Origin: Chromera velia
Taxonomy: Eukaryota
Assembly: GCA_018398765.1 (NCBI GenBank)
Contig: JAHBMJ010000504.1
Location: 1 to 45,960, forward strand
Reading direction: 5' to 3'
Length of the DNA stretch: 45,960 bases
Shown: one piece after another, positions 34,736-45,874 of the stretch
How the letters are laid out: each line of letters opens with the position of its first letter
Numbering within the stretch: position 1 is the stretch's first letter
Translations under genes and position numbers: made by a program
Notes under the pieces: generated by a model
Database searches by the model: none
What the model saw: the letters and a program-made list of their open reading frames with translations, nothing else
Told to the model about the DNA's origin: nothing

Positions 34736-37700
34736 GATGCAGGACAGACAAGAAAATCCCAGATCCTTTTTTCGGTCTCTCCCCCCTGACTCACTTGCAG
34801 GTTGCAATCGCTCCCATTCCGTCCACTCCTGTCTTGAAGGAGTCGTGCCTGTCTCCCGAATCCATGTGAGCGAGCACGGGTTGATCGCTTGGTGCTGCCC
34901 CCGAACTTGACGAGAAAGAAGAGGAGGAGCTCGGTTCCTCCACGCCCCCTTCCGTCTCCTTCTCCTTTTCTTTCTTCTCTGTCGCCACAACACCCCTAAA
35001 ATTCCCTCCTTCCTCCATATCCCTCGGGAGAGGCGGAGGGACCTCAGGGACCTCCTGGAGCTGAGACGCCCAGAATGCCGCCAGAATCAGAGACGTGCGG
35101 CGAGAGGGGGCAGGGAGGGGCGTCGTGGTGCTGCCACGGCTTCTCCGCACAGGACAATCGTTGGCGTGACGGTTGACCTGCATAAACTCGGAGGACGCGG
35201 CGGGGAATGCAAAGATCAACCAGGCGTAGCATAAGAATCACCGCATGTACTCTCCCTATCCGATCTCAGCTAGTGTTGAGCTGCGTTGGAGAAACATCGA
35301 ATCTTCGCACCGCGCTGCCACACGCAGCCCGCGTTTCCGAAAAGAGAAGAGGACGGCGTTCAATCTTCGCTCAACAAGACCGACATCAGCGCAGGCAGAG
35401 GTAAGCGAAAGCCCAACAGGCCGGCAGGGCGGAAAATGTACAGAAAGGAGAAAGGAAGAGAAAGGGCGGTTTCACAAAGGAAGGACGAAGAACATGAATG
35501 TGGAAGGAAGGAGGCAAGGAAGGAATCTGAAAGGAAGGAATCGGGGGTGAGCGCTCGAACGAATGGCAGAAAGAAAGAAGCAAGAAGGAAGACAGTGAAG
35601 GAAAGGGCAAAAATTACACAGACAGACAGAGAATCATCACACACAGCAATAACCTGAACTCACCGCAAAGAAGAACGACCGAGCGGTGTGCAAGGTCAAC
35701 CGCTGAATCTCCAACACGATCGATCTCGGAAGAGCAAACCCCGGCCCTTCAGATGAAGGAGGAGGGGGAGCCTCGGAGACGGAGACGGCCGCTGCTTCAG
35801 ATGCACCCCCCTCCCCCATGGTTGCATCTTCCTTCTCCTTCTCCTTCTCGACAGGGGGCTGCGGGGCAGCAGACGTGTCCTGCATAGGTTCATCTTCTGT
35901 CTGTGCAGGTGCAGGGACACCCGTCCCTTCAGACACGATGGGAGCAGCCCCCCACATTTCAAGAACTGACGAGGCTTGGAAGTCCAGGAGAGTGTTCCGT
36001 GTAGAACCAGGAGGTATCCCCCGACCCCCCGGACCCCTCAGCTCTCCATGTGAATCTGCACCCAGACGAGCTCGGAACAACTCACCCCCCAGGAGGTCCA
36101 GAGGCCTTGCCCCCAGTAGTCGGTCCACACCCACACTCTGCGCCCCCGCTTGCCTAGAATCTGCCGCGTCGCTCGGCCCACTCCCATCCGCCCGCAACTC
36201 AGGAGGAAGGACTTGAGCATCCAGCCGCCCCCCATTCCGAACGTCAGATGCTGCTGCAATAGGACAGTACGGTACAAGCAGGGGAGGTGCCAACAAACCC
36301 AGAGTGGGAGGAAATCCGGACTCTGAGGGCACACCCGCAGCGTCACCCGTTTCCGATCCCGCAGGAAGTGCGAAGAGGGGGTTGTGGTATCTGTAGAGGT
36401 GGTCGAGTGTGAAGGCATAGTCGGCGTTGTGCATGTGGTTTGGCCCTCTGGACCCCCCGCTGATGCCCCCTCCACTCTTGTTGCTCGGCTGCAATGGAGA
36501 GATTGAGACAGGTGAGAGTACAATGCAGAGATGCTGGAAAGACACAGCGCATCTATGCATATGCACAGAGAGGAAGAGAGATCACGCTCACGCAGGCACA
36601 CACGCACACACACACACACACACACATAGATCGAGAGATACAAGGAGGGAGGGAGGCAGAGGGGGGGAGAGAGAGAGAAAGAGAGAAAAAACCAAAGAAT
36701 GCCAAGTAACGACAACAGGCAATCTAGACAGATTGCACAAAGGATCTGGCCAAGAGCGAGTGGCATCTTCGCAAAGTCGATCAACCGATCCTCCACATCA
36801 AAAGGACGAAAACAAAAAAAAACTGCTCACAGGCACCCACCCTGACGGCACTCACCGGAGTCTCATGTGGCTGGAACTTCGCGGACATGTCTGCTGTCTG
36901 TGCGGCAGCCTGAAGGGGACTCGCCAGTCCTTGTTCCTGGAGTTCTTTGCGGAGCCAGAGGATCACTGCACACAGACAGGGGAGGAAGGAAAGAAGCAAG
37001 CCGTTGATCAGTGATTCAATCAGCACGTCTTCACTTGTCCAGCTTGGAAATGAGGAGGAAAACGGGAAGAAAGACGGGTGGATACTGAGGAGAGTAGAAA
37101 GGCTGGGGAAGAGAAGAAGAATGCATGAAGAAGACAACCACAGCCATGAATGCGGACTGCTTTACACATCAGTACACAGAGAAAGCCACTCTCCCCTTCC
37201 CTTTACCCCCCCCATACAGAGGCACGCTCATTCCCTTCATCCTTCCCTCACTCACTCACATGGAACAAGGCAGACAATCGCAGGTGCGAGGAGGTCTAGG
37301 CCTGCGATGATTGCGCCCTGGTCGAGGTTGGCACTCTGAGAAAGGCCGTTCTGGAAGGGCACGTCTCGCAGGAGGAACAGAGCCGTCTCCACGCGTCCCA
37401 GCTGAATCACAAGCTTCCGGGTGGTCGCTGTGTCCATAGCCTTCTTCGCTTCCCGGGTTTTCGGCACCACGGTGGCAAGCTCTTTCACAGCTTCTCCAAC
37501 AACGTTGACCAGTTTCTGTTGTGCATCGTTCTGCTGGGATGAGTTGGCAAGCTGGTGACAGACTTGATTCAGGGGGTGGTGACTCACGGCTCGAAGGAAA
37601 AGAGGGGGAAGGCAGGGTGGAAGGGTAACGAGGTCGAACACCTGATGAAACCCCGACTGCGACTGGAATTCCCTGGAGTTGGAATTGTCAAGGAACGCAT

Positions 37701-40700
37701 GAAGAAAGCGGCCCAAATTTGCCAGTCTGTCCACATACAGCTTCTCCTTCATGCGGGATACAGCTGCAGGGGATGAGTCGACGTCCAGTTCCGAGGGGGC
37801 CGGGTCTCTCGGCGTGACCTCAAAATCCCTTTTTAGCCACTCATCCTTTGTCAGACCCTGGATGCCTTCGTCCGCTCTCTCCGTCCCCTCCCCCCCCTTG
37901 ATACGATCTGAGGCAGACCAGGGCGACAACCCCTTGCCCTCTTCAAGAAGAGCCTTGATGGTCTCAACAACAGCAGTCACCAAGGGCTTCCGCAGAGACG
38001 GACAGTGTCTGCAAGCTTCGAGCAACGAGTTGCCAACCTGCAAAAGGAAGGGAAGAGAGGAGGGTGGGTCTTTTGATAAGGTCAACATCATGGCTGTTCT
38101 GCGATCCTATGCTTGCAGGGAAGGAGAAAGAGACCGAGAGACTGCACATTCTTTCACGGGCAGAAACACAGAGAGGGAGAGGTGCGCAAGAAGACGGAAT
38201 AATAGATAGAGGACACTGAGTAACGCAGCCAGAAAAGCAAAAGAAAGGAAGAACGTGACAGCAAGGCCGACTTACTGACCATGCTCGCAGTGTCGTTACA
38301 GAAGAAGAACACGCTCAGATCATACCGAGCTAACAGCCGCACGACTTTTTCGAAAGGCAAATATTTGGCTTCCTTCAGCTTCGCCTCCCCCGCTTGATGC
38401 AACACGAGGACGGAAAGCAGTGCGGGGACATGCGCCAGGCTGTCTTCATTTGCAAGAGCTGCACAGTCGTTCTCGCTAGTCAGCCGCAGTATCGCTCCCA
38501 CCACCCCCTTTTCAACCAACGTCGCTATGCCCACCGGATCTTCCTGAACAAAATCCCGAACCAACGCCGCAGCACACGCAAGTGCCGTGGGTCCAAAAGC
38601 ACTCGGGCGTTCGAAGAGTAAACGGACAGCCGTCATCGCTGAGGAATTGAAGACTGTCGCTATGACCCCTGCTCCTGCGACAGCAAGTTGGTCCGCCTGA
38701 GGTACACACAGAACGAGGTCCTTCAAAGTCGCACGCAGGACCTGTACCCTCTCTCTCAGGTGTCTCAACCCTTCCCAAAACTGCTGACGTCCGTCTGCAT
38801 CTAGGCCCCCCGTGGGAAGGGCCGTGTGGAGCGACTGCCCCGCCTGTATGACATCGGTTTTGAGGACAAGAGCTGCGTCATACTGAGCCCTTTCAGACAG
38901 AGCCGCCGCGCAGTCGAAGTCTTTCAAGAGCGTAGTCGACCCAGAGGTGGAAAAATCAAGCATGGCTTCCAATGCCCTCAGCACACCGACAACGCAGGGA
39001 AGCATCTGATTGTCCCGGACTCTCAGAAAAGACAGCAGAGCCCCGACTACAGCGCCGTGACAGAGAGCGGAGGACGAAGAAGGGGACGCTGCTTGCATAC
39101 AGCTGGCAAAAACTTGGAGCGCGGAGATGATCAGTGATACCGACACTTGAGGAGGAGTCGCAGCCGCAGCCGCAGGCTCTCCGCCCCCCATCGTGACGTC
39201 TCCCCCCGTTCCCTCCCCTTCAGGATTCGGAGCAAGGATGTCTGACAGATCTAGAGGCTGCGTATCCGCGCCCCCTCCCCCTGAAGGCACGGACGGGAGG
39301 TCTTTGAGCGTCTTTGTAATCAGAGTCGGCAGAGGTTTGGAAGTATCTGGATGGGCAAGAAGTTTTCTCAGCAAAGAGGGAAGAAGACCGTTAGGCACGG
39401 AGTTGCCCAGCAGTTGGGAAACGACCCGACTTTGGATTTTGTCCTGAATGATCACCGCAAACAGTTGGAGGGCAATACCCTGCGGGGCAGAAGGAAGAGA
39501 CACACACACAGGCAGAAGAAAAGGAAGTTCAATCGTGGAAAACGACTCTAAAGGGCCTCAGGTGAGTTCGTGAGCCGAGCATACAGGAGTAAAGATAACC
39601 AAAACCTTGTCTCTTTCACACACAGGCACGCACAACTACATTCAGAAGAGGAGGGAGGAAAACATGCGGAGGTCTCTTTCCCTTCTACGGAGATGGAGAC
39701 GGAACAGCATGGAATGGCAGAAGAATGAGCAACGTCCATTTTCACCTCAGAATCAGCGAAGAACCCTTCCCTTCTTTTCAAAACTCCGTATTCAGCCAAT
39801 ACACGAAACACCGATTCAACCAATCCACTGAATCATGCACTCACCGCTGTAAGAGAATCCACCCCCCCAGTCCCACTAGTGGAGGAGGAGAGGTTGAACT
39901 TCTTCAGAAGATCCGCGACCTCAAGCAAGAAGGCTGGATGGGCGTTGAGGAATCCCTGAAAGCTCGCCACTGAGACCGCAAGCAGACAGGTGACTGCCCG
40001 CAAGTGCACCTGCATCCATCGAACGAAGGAAAGAAAGAAAAGGACATCAAGGGAAGGGCAGTTCTTCAGGCTCTCTGGCAGATCAAATTGATGCGGTACA
40101 TCTCTTCCTTCTTTGCAGCAAGACTACTACATCAACGACGAGAGCGAGGCAGAAGAAAAGAGAAGAGGAAACAAACGTTCAGAAAAAACCGTCCCCGAAT
40201 GCAAGACCATTCACAGTCTCCGCAGGCTCGGTTTCTTTGCGGGAGAACCTGCTTCCTTGCCGCACATCTAACCAAGCTCTAGCTGAGCTCTTCTCCCTGT
40301 TTCAACAGACAGGTAGACGGACAAAGAAATGTAGAAAGAACGCACCTACCTGCAAGACCTGCGATCTCCGTGTCAGAGTCATCCCCTCCTCTCCTTTCAC
40401 AGGACCCGCAAACGAGTCGAAAGAAAGAGCAGTTGCCGTTCGGACTTTGTGGCGCAAAAACTGCACAAAAGAGCAGTGTTCGTGCACACACTCACATTTA
40501 TCAATAGCATCATTCACATAGAAACACCTACTGCACTCACCAAGCACAAAAGTTGGTGTGACTGTATCAGTGTGATAGAAGGCGACACTGCTCTCCTTCA
40601 AAGAGTGTACTCTGACAAAGGCTGAGCGCTGCTGAAGTAAAAAGACAGAGAACGCACACGAGGTGTTTCTTGACGAATGCGCAACACACACATAAAACGG

Positions 40701-42321
40701 CTAGACTCCAGAGCAGCGCTTAAAAAGGATGCTTTTCTCTGAGGCTGCATATAGCTTTCCTTTTCGCATCCACCCCTTCTCTCTCTCACTTACCGGTACC
40801 AGAGAGGACGGTAGCGAGAGACGAGACGCAAGTGCTGTCTCCACGGCAACTACCGCCTCCAAGCTCTCTGACTTTGCCACCAGGTCCTTGGCAGGTAAAC
40901 GCAACGTCCCCATCTCTCTCGGAGACGGGGAAGCAGAGGTGGAAGCTGACGGGGGGGAGGGGGCAGAGTCCTGCTGCTGCTGCTCACCCGCCCCCATCAC
41001 TTCATCCGCTGATTCACCCCCTTCGTGTTCTGCCCCCAAGGAAACAAAAGAGGAAGATGAGGAGGCTGAGGGAAGGTCCGTCTCCAACACCGCTGTCTGA
41101 AAACTGCCCGCATGGTTCGTGTCCAAGTACAACCTCACCAACGATGCCGATGGACCCCACGGCTCGCCCTCACCCGCCTCATCCGAAGACGCAGCCGCCG
41201 CAGCAGCAGCTGCAGAAGACGAAGCCACGCTTCCACTCGTGCTCTCATCACTCCCACCCGCCACGCCGTCTGCAGCTCCTGGAGGAAGAAATCCGGTCAG
41301 CGGATGCTCGCACAGGAAAGGGAGACGGGAGAAGAATATCGGATGCGCAACGGCATCAGACGGACTTCTCCTCGATCTCTTACACGTGGAATAATACAAT
41401 GTCAGAATGCGCAGAGCAATCGAGACCAGCCCAAAGGACGGACTGTCCAGACAGGCTGCAACATGCTCCAGGGAGTTGTACAGACTCTGCACACAAGACA
41501 CAGACACACACACACACACACACACATAAGACACAGATGGCAGTGAGAAAACCACAACGAACTCGCGCAAAGCTGAGACAAGTGAACACTTTCCTATCAC
41601 TGCACTTGACAAGAACACTTCCCTATCACTGCACTTGACCAGTCAGAACGTTGTACAGAGTCGCATCACGTCGGGACCATCCTCTTTTTGTTTCCTTCCC
41701 TTCCTTCCTACCTTGTGGGAGCAGTTGTCCAGGATCTCGTAGGTCACTCTGAGCACTGCCTCCACTTGGCTCTCTGTGTACCCGCTCCCTCCTGCGCCTC
41801 TTGCAGCCTCGTCTGATCGACCTGCAAGCAAGAGAAACATCTAGATGAGACGGAAGAAGGCGGAAGAAACCGAAATTGCAGACGTCTCCTTGCGTCCCCT
41901 GTCCTCTTCGTCTCCAGAGAACGAATTCCAATCAGAGGGAGAAAAAGCGAGACTGACCTGCCGTGACTTGAGCCGCGTATGCTTCCAGGATAGTATCGAA
42001 GCGGTTGAGTACTGAGGCCCAAAATTGGAGATCGCTCTGCATTCACATACAAGTGCGAGGAGGGAAATGAGGAGAGAGGGAATCAGAGACGAAGTTGAAT
42101 GCAAAGACAAAATCAGACAGACTGAGTCGCGAAGGCTTCATATGAAGCCAAATGAATCGACTGACTTTGTCCCAGACCCAGTTATTGAATCCAGACAGAT
42201 GATCGAAAAGTTCCGCATCAGACGCAAGCGCCAGTGTTTGGATTACCAGTTTCTGTGACTCTGGCAGCTGCTGCTTGATCGCAGACTGGCGAGACTCGAA
42301 AGTCAGCAACTTCAATTTCAT
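11111..42321 (-). CDS. HUWE1: Giant HECT-type E3 ubiquitin ligase of the HUWE1/UPL1/Tom1 family, 36 predicted exons, ~6,471 aa
   Basis: Hand-spliced GT-AG model with all junctions in phase. Exons in transcript order: 42166-42321, 41958-42036, 41712-41821, 40794-41486, 40350-40460, 39845-40009, 38280-39479, 37260-38037, 36856-36965, 35664-36488, 34795-35177, 34068-34380, 33136-33666, 32424-32767, 30923-32064, 29822-30506, 28948-29500, 28516-28731, 26966-28209, 24776-26547, 24064-24120, 22418-23821, 19713-21947, 19276-19427, 18828-18885, 17689-18512, 16660-17508, 15707-16287, 14413-15251, 13920-14049, 13248-13602, 12687-12821, 12106-12264, 11714-11799, 11376-11444, 11111-11183 (total 19,416 nt). 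Family motifs: N-terminal [22 protein letters not shown] and [72 protein letters not shown]-terminal EGFGFC*. A few internal junctions in low-complexity regions could be shifted. Confidence 0.93.
15451..15636 (+). repeat. Intronic minisatellite, about 4 units of 35-50 bp (GACTCCAAGAAACAAAGAGACCACAAACAA..CACCAG)
   Basis: Unit starts at about 15451, 15501, 15548, 15583 and 15633, inside intron 28. Confidence 0.92.
20220..21050 (-). other. Three ubiquitin-binding UBM/DUF4414-like motifs in exon 23
   Basis: [37 protein letters not shown] and [44 protein letters not shown] follow the DPxFLxALPxDxRxEV pattern of HUWE1/UPL1/Tom1. Confidence 0.85.
21951..22198 (+). repeat. (GAA)n triplet tract of ~250 bp, read as (TTC)n in intron 22
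   Basis: Directly visible; it abuts the CAG acceptor of exon 23 at 21948-21950. Confidence 0.97.
24453..24772 (+). repeat. Compound (GACT/GACG/GGCT)n tetranucleotide array in intron 20
   Basis: Directly visible; it begins at the exon 20 donor (GTTAGTCAGTCAG on the minus strand). Confidence 0.97.
31988..32480 (-). other. UBA domain split across exons 14 and 15
   Basis: Spliced sequence [42 protein letters not shown] has the MGF loop and terminal WLL of a UBA domain, in the position expected for UPL1/HUWE1. Confidence 0.88.
34503..34735 (+). repeat. (GAAA)n array in intron 11
   Basis: Directly visible. Confidence 0.96.
37260..42321 (-). other. N-terminal armadillo-like helical region (DUF908/DUF913-like) of the HECT ligase
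   Basis: Motifs [53 protein letters not shown] and [16 protein letters not shown] resemble HUWE1/UPL1 N-terminal blocks. Recognised by eye, not by HMM. Confidence 0.75.
41584..41639 (+). repeat. 29-bp tandem duplication in intron 3
   Basis: GAACACTTYCCTATCACTGCACTTGAC occurs twice. Confidence 0.9.
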
Positions 42322-42927
42322 GGTTCCTTCTCAAATTTAGAAATATTTCAGGAACACAGGAGGTAAGCCTCAACCTCAGAGACTACTCTGCTTCACTCAC
42401 TGCTTCTCCGGGCTTCAAAGCAGAGTGAAAAAAGGTGGACTCAACAGGAATTCATCTTCTCGTAGCTGCAGCCCGGTGGCCGAGCTGTCTGTCAAGTCTC
42501 ATTGGGCTTCCCATCCCAGTCTGCAAAAGAATCACTGGACGATTGCCAGGCTTTTTTTCTTTCTGACTTCGGACCTGGATGTGGATCGGCCACTTCACGA
42601 TATTCTGCCTTGCCCTGTTCCGAAAGGCATCCTTCTAAAAGAGGCTGTCATCGTTTGAGGAATGAGGGCAAATTTGTGGCAGTTCGATCAATTCTTTTTC
42701 CGCGCGAAGAAACCCCGGAAAGCGAAAAATCCGCCGCGGCGCGCGCCGTCTTCAAAAGCCGGGGCCACGGGACCGCCCACCCGCGGGCCGACCAAAGAAC
42801 AGAGTTCGTGTCCCATGCTCTCAGAGTCATGGGCTGTCCGACTCTAAGTACTGGTCTTAAACGGAGTCGGTTGTTCATGAAGACGTAGAAGCACAGCCGG
42901 AAAAGTGACCGCAGGATTCCAGGCAGG
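42322..42927. promoter_or_regulatory. Putative bidirectional promoter and 5' UTRs between divergent genes
   Basis: 606 bp separate two divergent ATGs. The interval is free of microsatellites and has a CpG-rich core at ~42695-42790 (TTTTTCCGCGCGAA..GCGAAAAATCCGCCGCGGCGCGCGCC). Confidence 0.55.
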
Positions 42928-44234
42928 ATGATGACTGAAGAAGCTGTGGCTGCTGCAGCTGCAGACTTAAGCAGGGAGAGGCTTGACTTGGAGACGGGAG
43001 GAGCGGTGGGGGCAGGCCAAGCTCTACCCAGAGCGACACCCGACTCACCAGCTCCCTTTCCAGCCACCACAGTAGGCCCAGTTGCGCCGACTCCGGACCG
43101 AACGACGAAGCCGGATGGCGAGTCAGGCACCAAAAAGGGGAACAAAGGATCGGAGACGGCAAAGCAGTCGAGAGGGGGAGGTCGATGTTGTTCGTGCACG
43201 TGCAAGCAGAGGTCTGCGTTTCTGAACTCAAAGTTCTTCTTCCTCTATCCCCAATGGTGGCTTCTAAGCGTTCTCTTGATCACGATTATCCTTGACTGGA
43301 ACCTAATCTTTTGGTTCTGGTTGGGTACGGATGAACCTAGCCCGTACAAACTTGCATGGTGGTACTACATGGTAGCGGGTTTCATGGTGTTCATTCCTCT
43401 TCTTACGGGACTCTGTTGGGCCACCACTGCTTCGTTTCCACGATGGAGATCGTTCATGAAGAGAGTGCGCGTGCAGCGGGCAAAGTTTGAAAGAGAACTG
43501 TTGATGACCAACCAAACATCTACTGTTCAAAACCCGTTTGTGTGGGATCACACGGGAGATCTGTTGGCACAGGAAGAAAAACGAGAGCAAGAAGAAGAGA
43601 AGTACAACCCTCTTTGGTTGCGTCGAATCATCTTTGTCGCTCTGGCCTGGCCTTTGTTGGCTGTTCTCGATCTTCTCCTCCTCCCCCTTTCCTTCTTCCG
43701 ATTTGAGGTCCTCAGATCCTATGCCTCAGTCCGAGTTGTCACTCAGTATTTAACCCACAGTGCTCCAGCCATTGTGATCCAATTGTACCTTCTGATTGCT
43801 CATCACATCTCAATATTCCCATTTGATGGGGACCTCATACGAACCGAACTCGAACAGACAGAGACCCTCAACCACCTCGTACCTCCTCTCATCTTCCACA
43901 TGTTGAACGTCTTCCTTATCGTTCAGGTCGGTCGGCTCCCTCCGGGCTTTTCCTTCATGCAGTTTGCCTCTTGTTTTTTCTTTACGCAACTTCCATACTG
44001 CTCGCTTTTTGCATCGTTCAGATGAGCGATCAGCGAGTTGGCCCGCTTGTTTCTTGTCAGAAGGCGGAGGGAAAACTCAGACATGGAAAGGACAAGGGAG
44101 GTGGTTCGACTGACCGGCCGACTCCCCGACTGATCATTGCGTGACAGGGGCTCTGCAGGCTGTCTGCTGTCTCTTTCTGTTTTTTGGCATCTGAATCCCC
44201 AGTGAACATTTTGAAGCGGCCAGGTCTCCAGCAG

Positions 44235-44292
<58 letters not shown>

Positions 44293-45471
44293 TCTGTGCG
44301 TATTGATTCTTCCTCTGCAGTACGTCGAACATCTACGACGAAAATACAGACTGGATACAACTGAAGATGTCAGTCAGTCAGTCAGTCAGTCAGTCATTTT
44401 GAGAGACAGTGACAGCGTGTGTCCTGGTGGTTGGGGGCCCTCAGTCGACTTTCTTGCTGAGGCAAGAAATCAGTTATTTGCAGAAGGAAGGAAGGAAGGA
44501 AGGAAGAAAGAAAGAAAGGAAGGAAGGAAGGTTTCACTGGAGTGCTTTGTGGGACTATCCGGCTGACTTTTGCCCGACTTCTTTTGCAAGTGTAGCCTGT
44601 CTCTTTCCCGCCTTCTCTTATTGCCTGTGCGTTTGCATACATGCTGTGCTTTCTCCCGCCAGTCGCGCCCTCTCACTTTGCCCCGGTGGAGTAGGTCCGT
44701 TTCATGCACTGATGGTTCGCTTGACTGGTTCGTGTCTTCAGAAAAGAAAGTCGCACACACAGTTGACCTTGTGCGCTCTTCTCTCTTCAGGTTCTCCTTG
44801 CAGCCCAGCAACTCGCAGGTGGGCGCCCCCCTCCGTCGACTCTCTGGAAGCTCGAGAACCGTTCGGTTGCGACTCTCCTCTTCCCTCTCCACTCTCTGAC
44901 GGCAGACGGGTGGAACGACCTGAGGGAAAGTGCTATGAAGGGCTCGGCGGGTGGAAAGGAAATTCTCAGGTCGGTGGGTCAGTTGGCAGGTCTCTGCTGT
45001 GTCTGGACTGTGAGGACATTCACGTGATTTGATGGGTAGGTAAAACAAGGAATTCAAGTTGACAGAAAATCTCGAATCGAAAATCCAGGGAGACGGGATC
45101 ATCTGGAAGTGAAGTGAAGCCCTCGGGGTGCTTCTGTTTGTGTCCGGGGGGTGAATCATGTATGATTCTTCGTTTTTGCAACGGGGAAGATTGGGTGACT
45201 GTATCTCATTTTCTAACTGGATGGAAAGTAGTTTTCGGAGGTCAAGAGGCCTTCTATATTTCTGCACACCTGCCGCCGGCGCTCTTCTCCTTTCACATCC
45301 TCTCCCTGTCCGTCCATGCGATCAAGCAGGCACATCGTCCTTGCCCCTTCTGTTGGCGGCGTGATGGGGCCCCCCTCTGTGTGGATGGGGGAGGGTGCTG
45401 CCGTTGCCCTGGCCAGAGTGGTGCAGGACACAGAGAACGTGGACACGGTTGACGGATTTCCCTTCAGATTT
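42928..45471 (+). CDS. Multi-pass membrane protein with an XK-related-like TM region and possible RNI-like LRR segment; 3'-partial, continues beyond the window
   Basis: Phase-consistent exons 42928-43926 (about 5 hydrophobic helices, QYLTHSAPAIVIQLYLLI), 44321-44368 (YVEHLRRKYRLDTTED), 44791-44969 (VLLAAQQLAGG..KEILR) and 45330-45471 (HIVLAPSVGG..MGEGAAVALARVVQDTENV..FRF), all with GT/AG ends. No stop codon is reached. Confidence 0.75.
44238..44289 (+). repeat. (CA)n microsatellite in intron 1 of the membrane-protein gene
   Basis: Directly visible. Confidence 0.96.
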
Positions 45472-45648
45472 GTCAGTCAGTCAGTCCGCCAGAGAGGGCG
45501 AGAGAAAGAGACAGAGAGAGCTTGTGTGTAGTCAGTCCTCTCAGTCAAGCGGAAAAGGTTGCCAGAAGTTTCTTATCCCTTTGAAACCATCTATTTCCAA
45601 CAAGCAGAACAACAACATGGGTTTTATTCAACTCAATCAGGTTGACTT

Positions 45649-45670
45649 TGACTGACTGACTGACTGACTG

Positions 45671-45702
<32 letters not shown>

Positions 45703-45842
45703 ACTGACTGACTGACTGACGGACTGACTGACTGACGGACTGACTGACTGACGGACGGACGGGCTGACTGACTGACTGACTGACTGACTGACTGACTGAC
45801 TGACTGAGTGACTGACTGACTGACTGACTGACTGACTGACTG

Positions 45843-45874
<32 letters not shown>

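Noticed and set aside
40541..40631. Candidate extra exon ([15 protein letters not shown]..) with CAG and GTGAGT ends
   Set aside because: At 91 nt it would shift the frame. Direct joining of 40794 to 40460 gives the family-like [14 protein letters not shown]. It could at most be a poison exon.
13941..41638. Numerous long plus-strand ORFs over the HECT gene
   Set aside because: They are antisense shadows of GC-rich low-complexity exons or translated microsatellites, with no independent motifs or splice structure.
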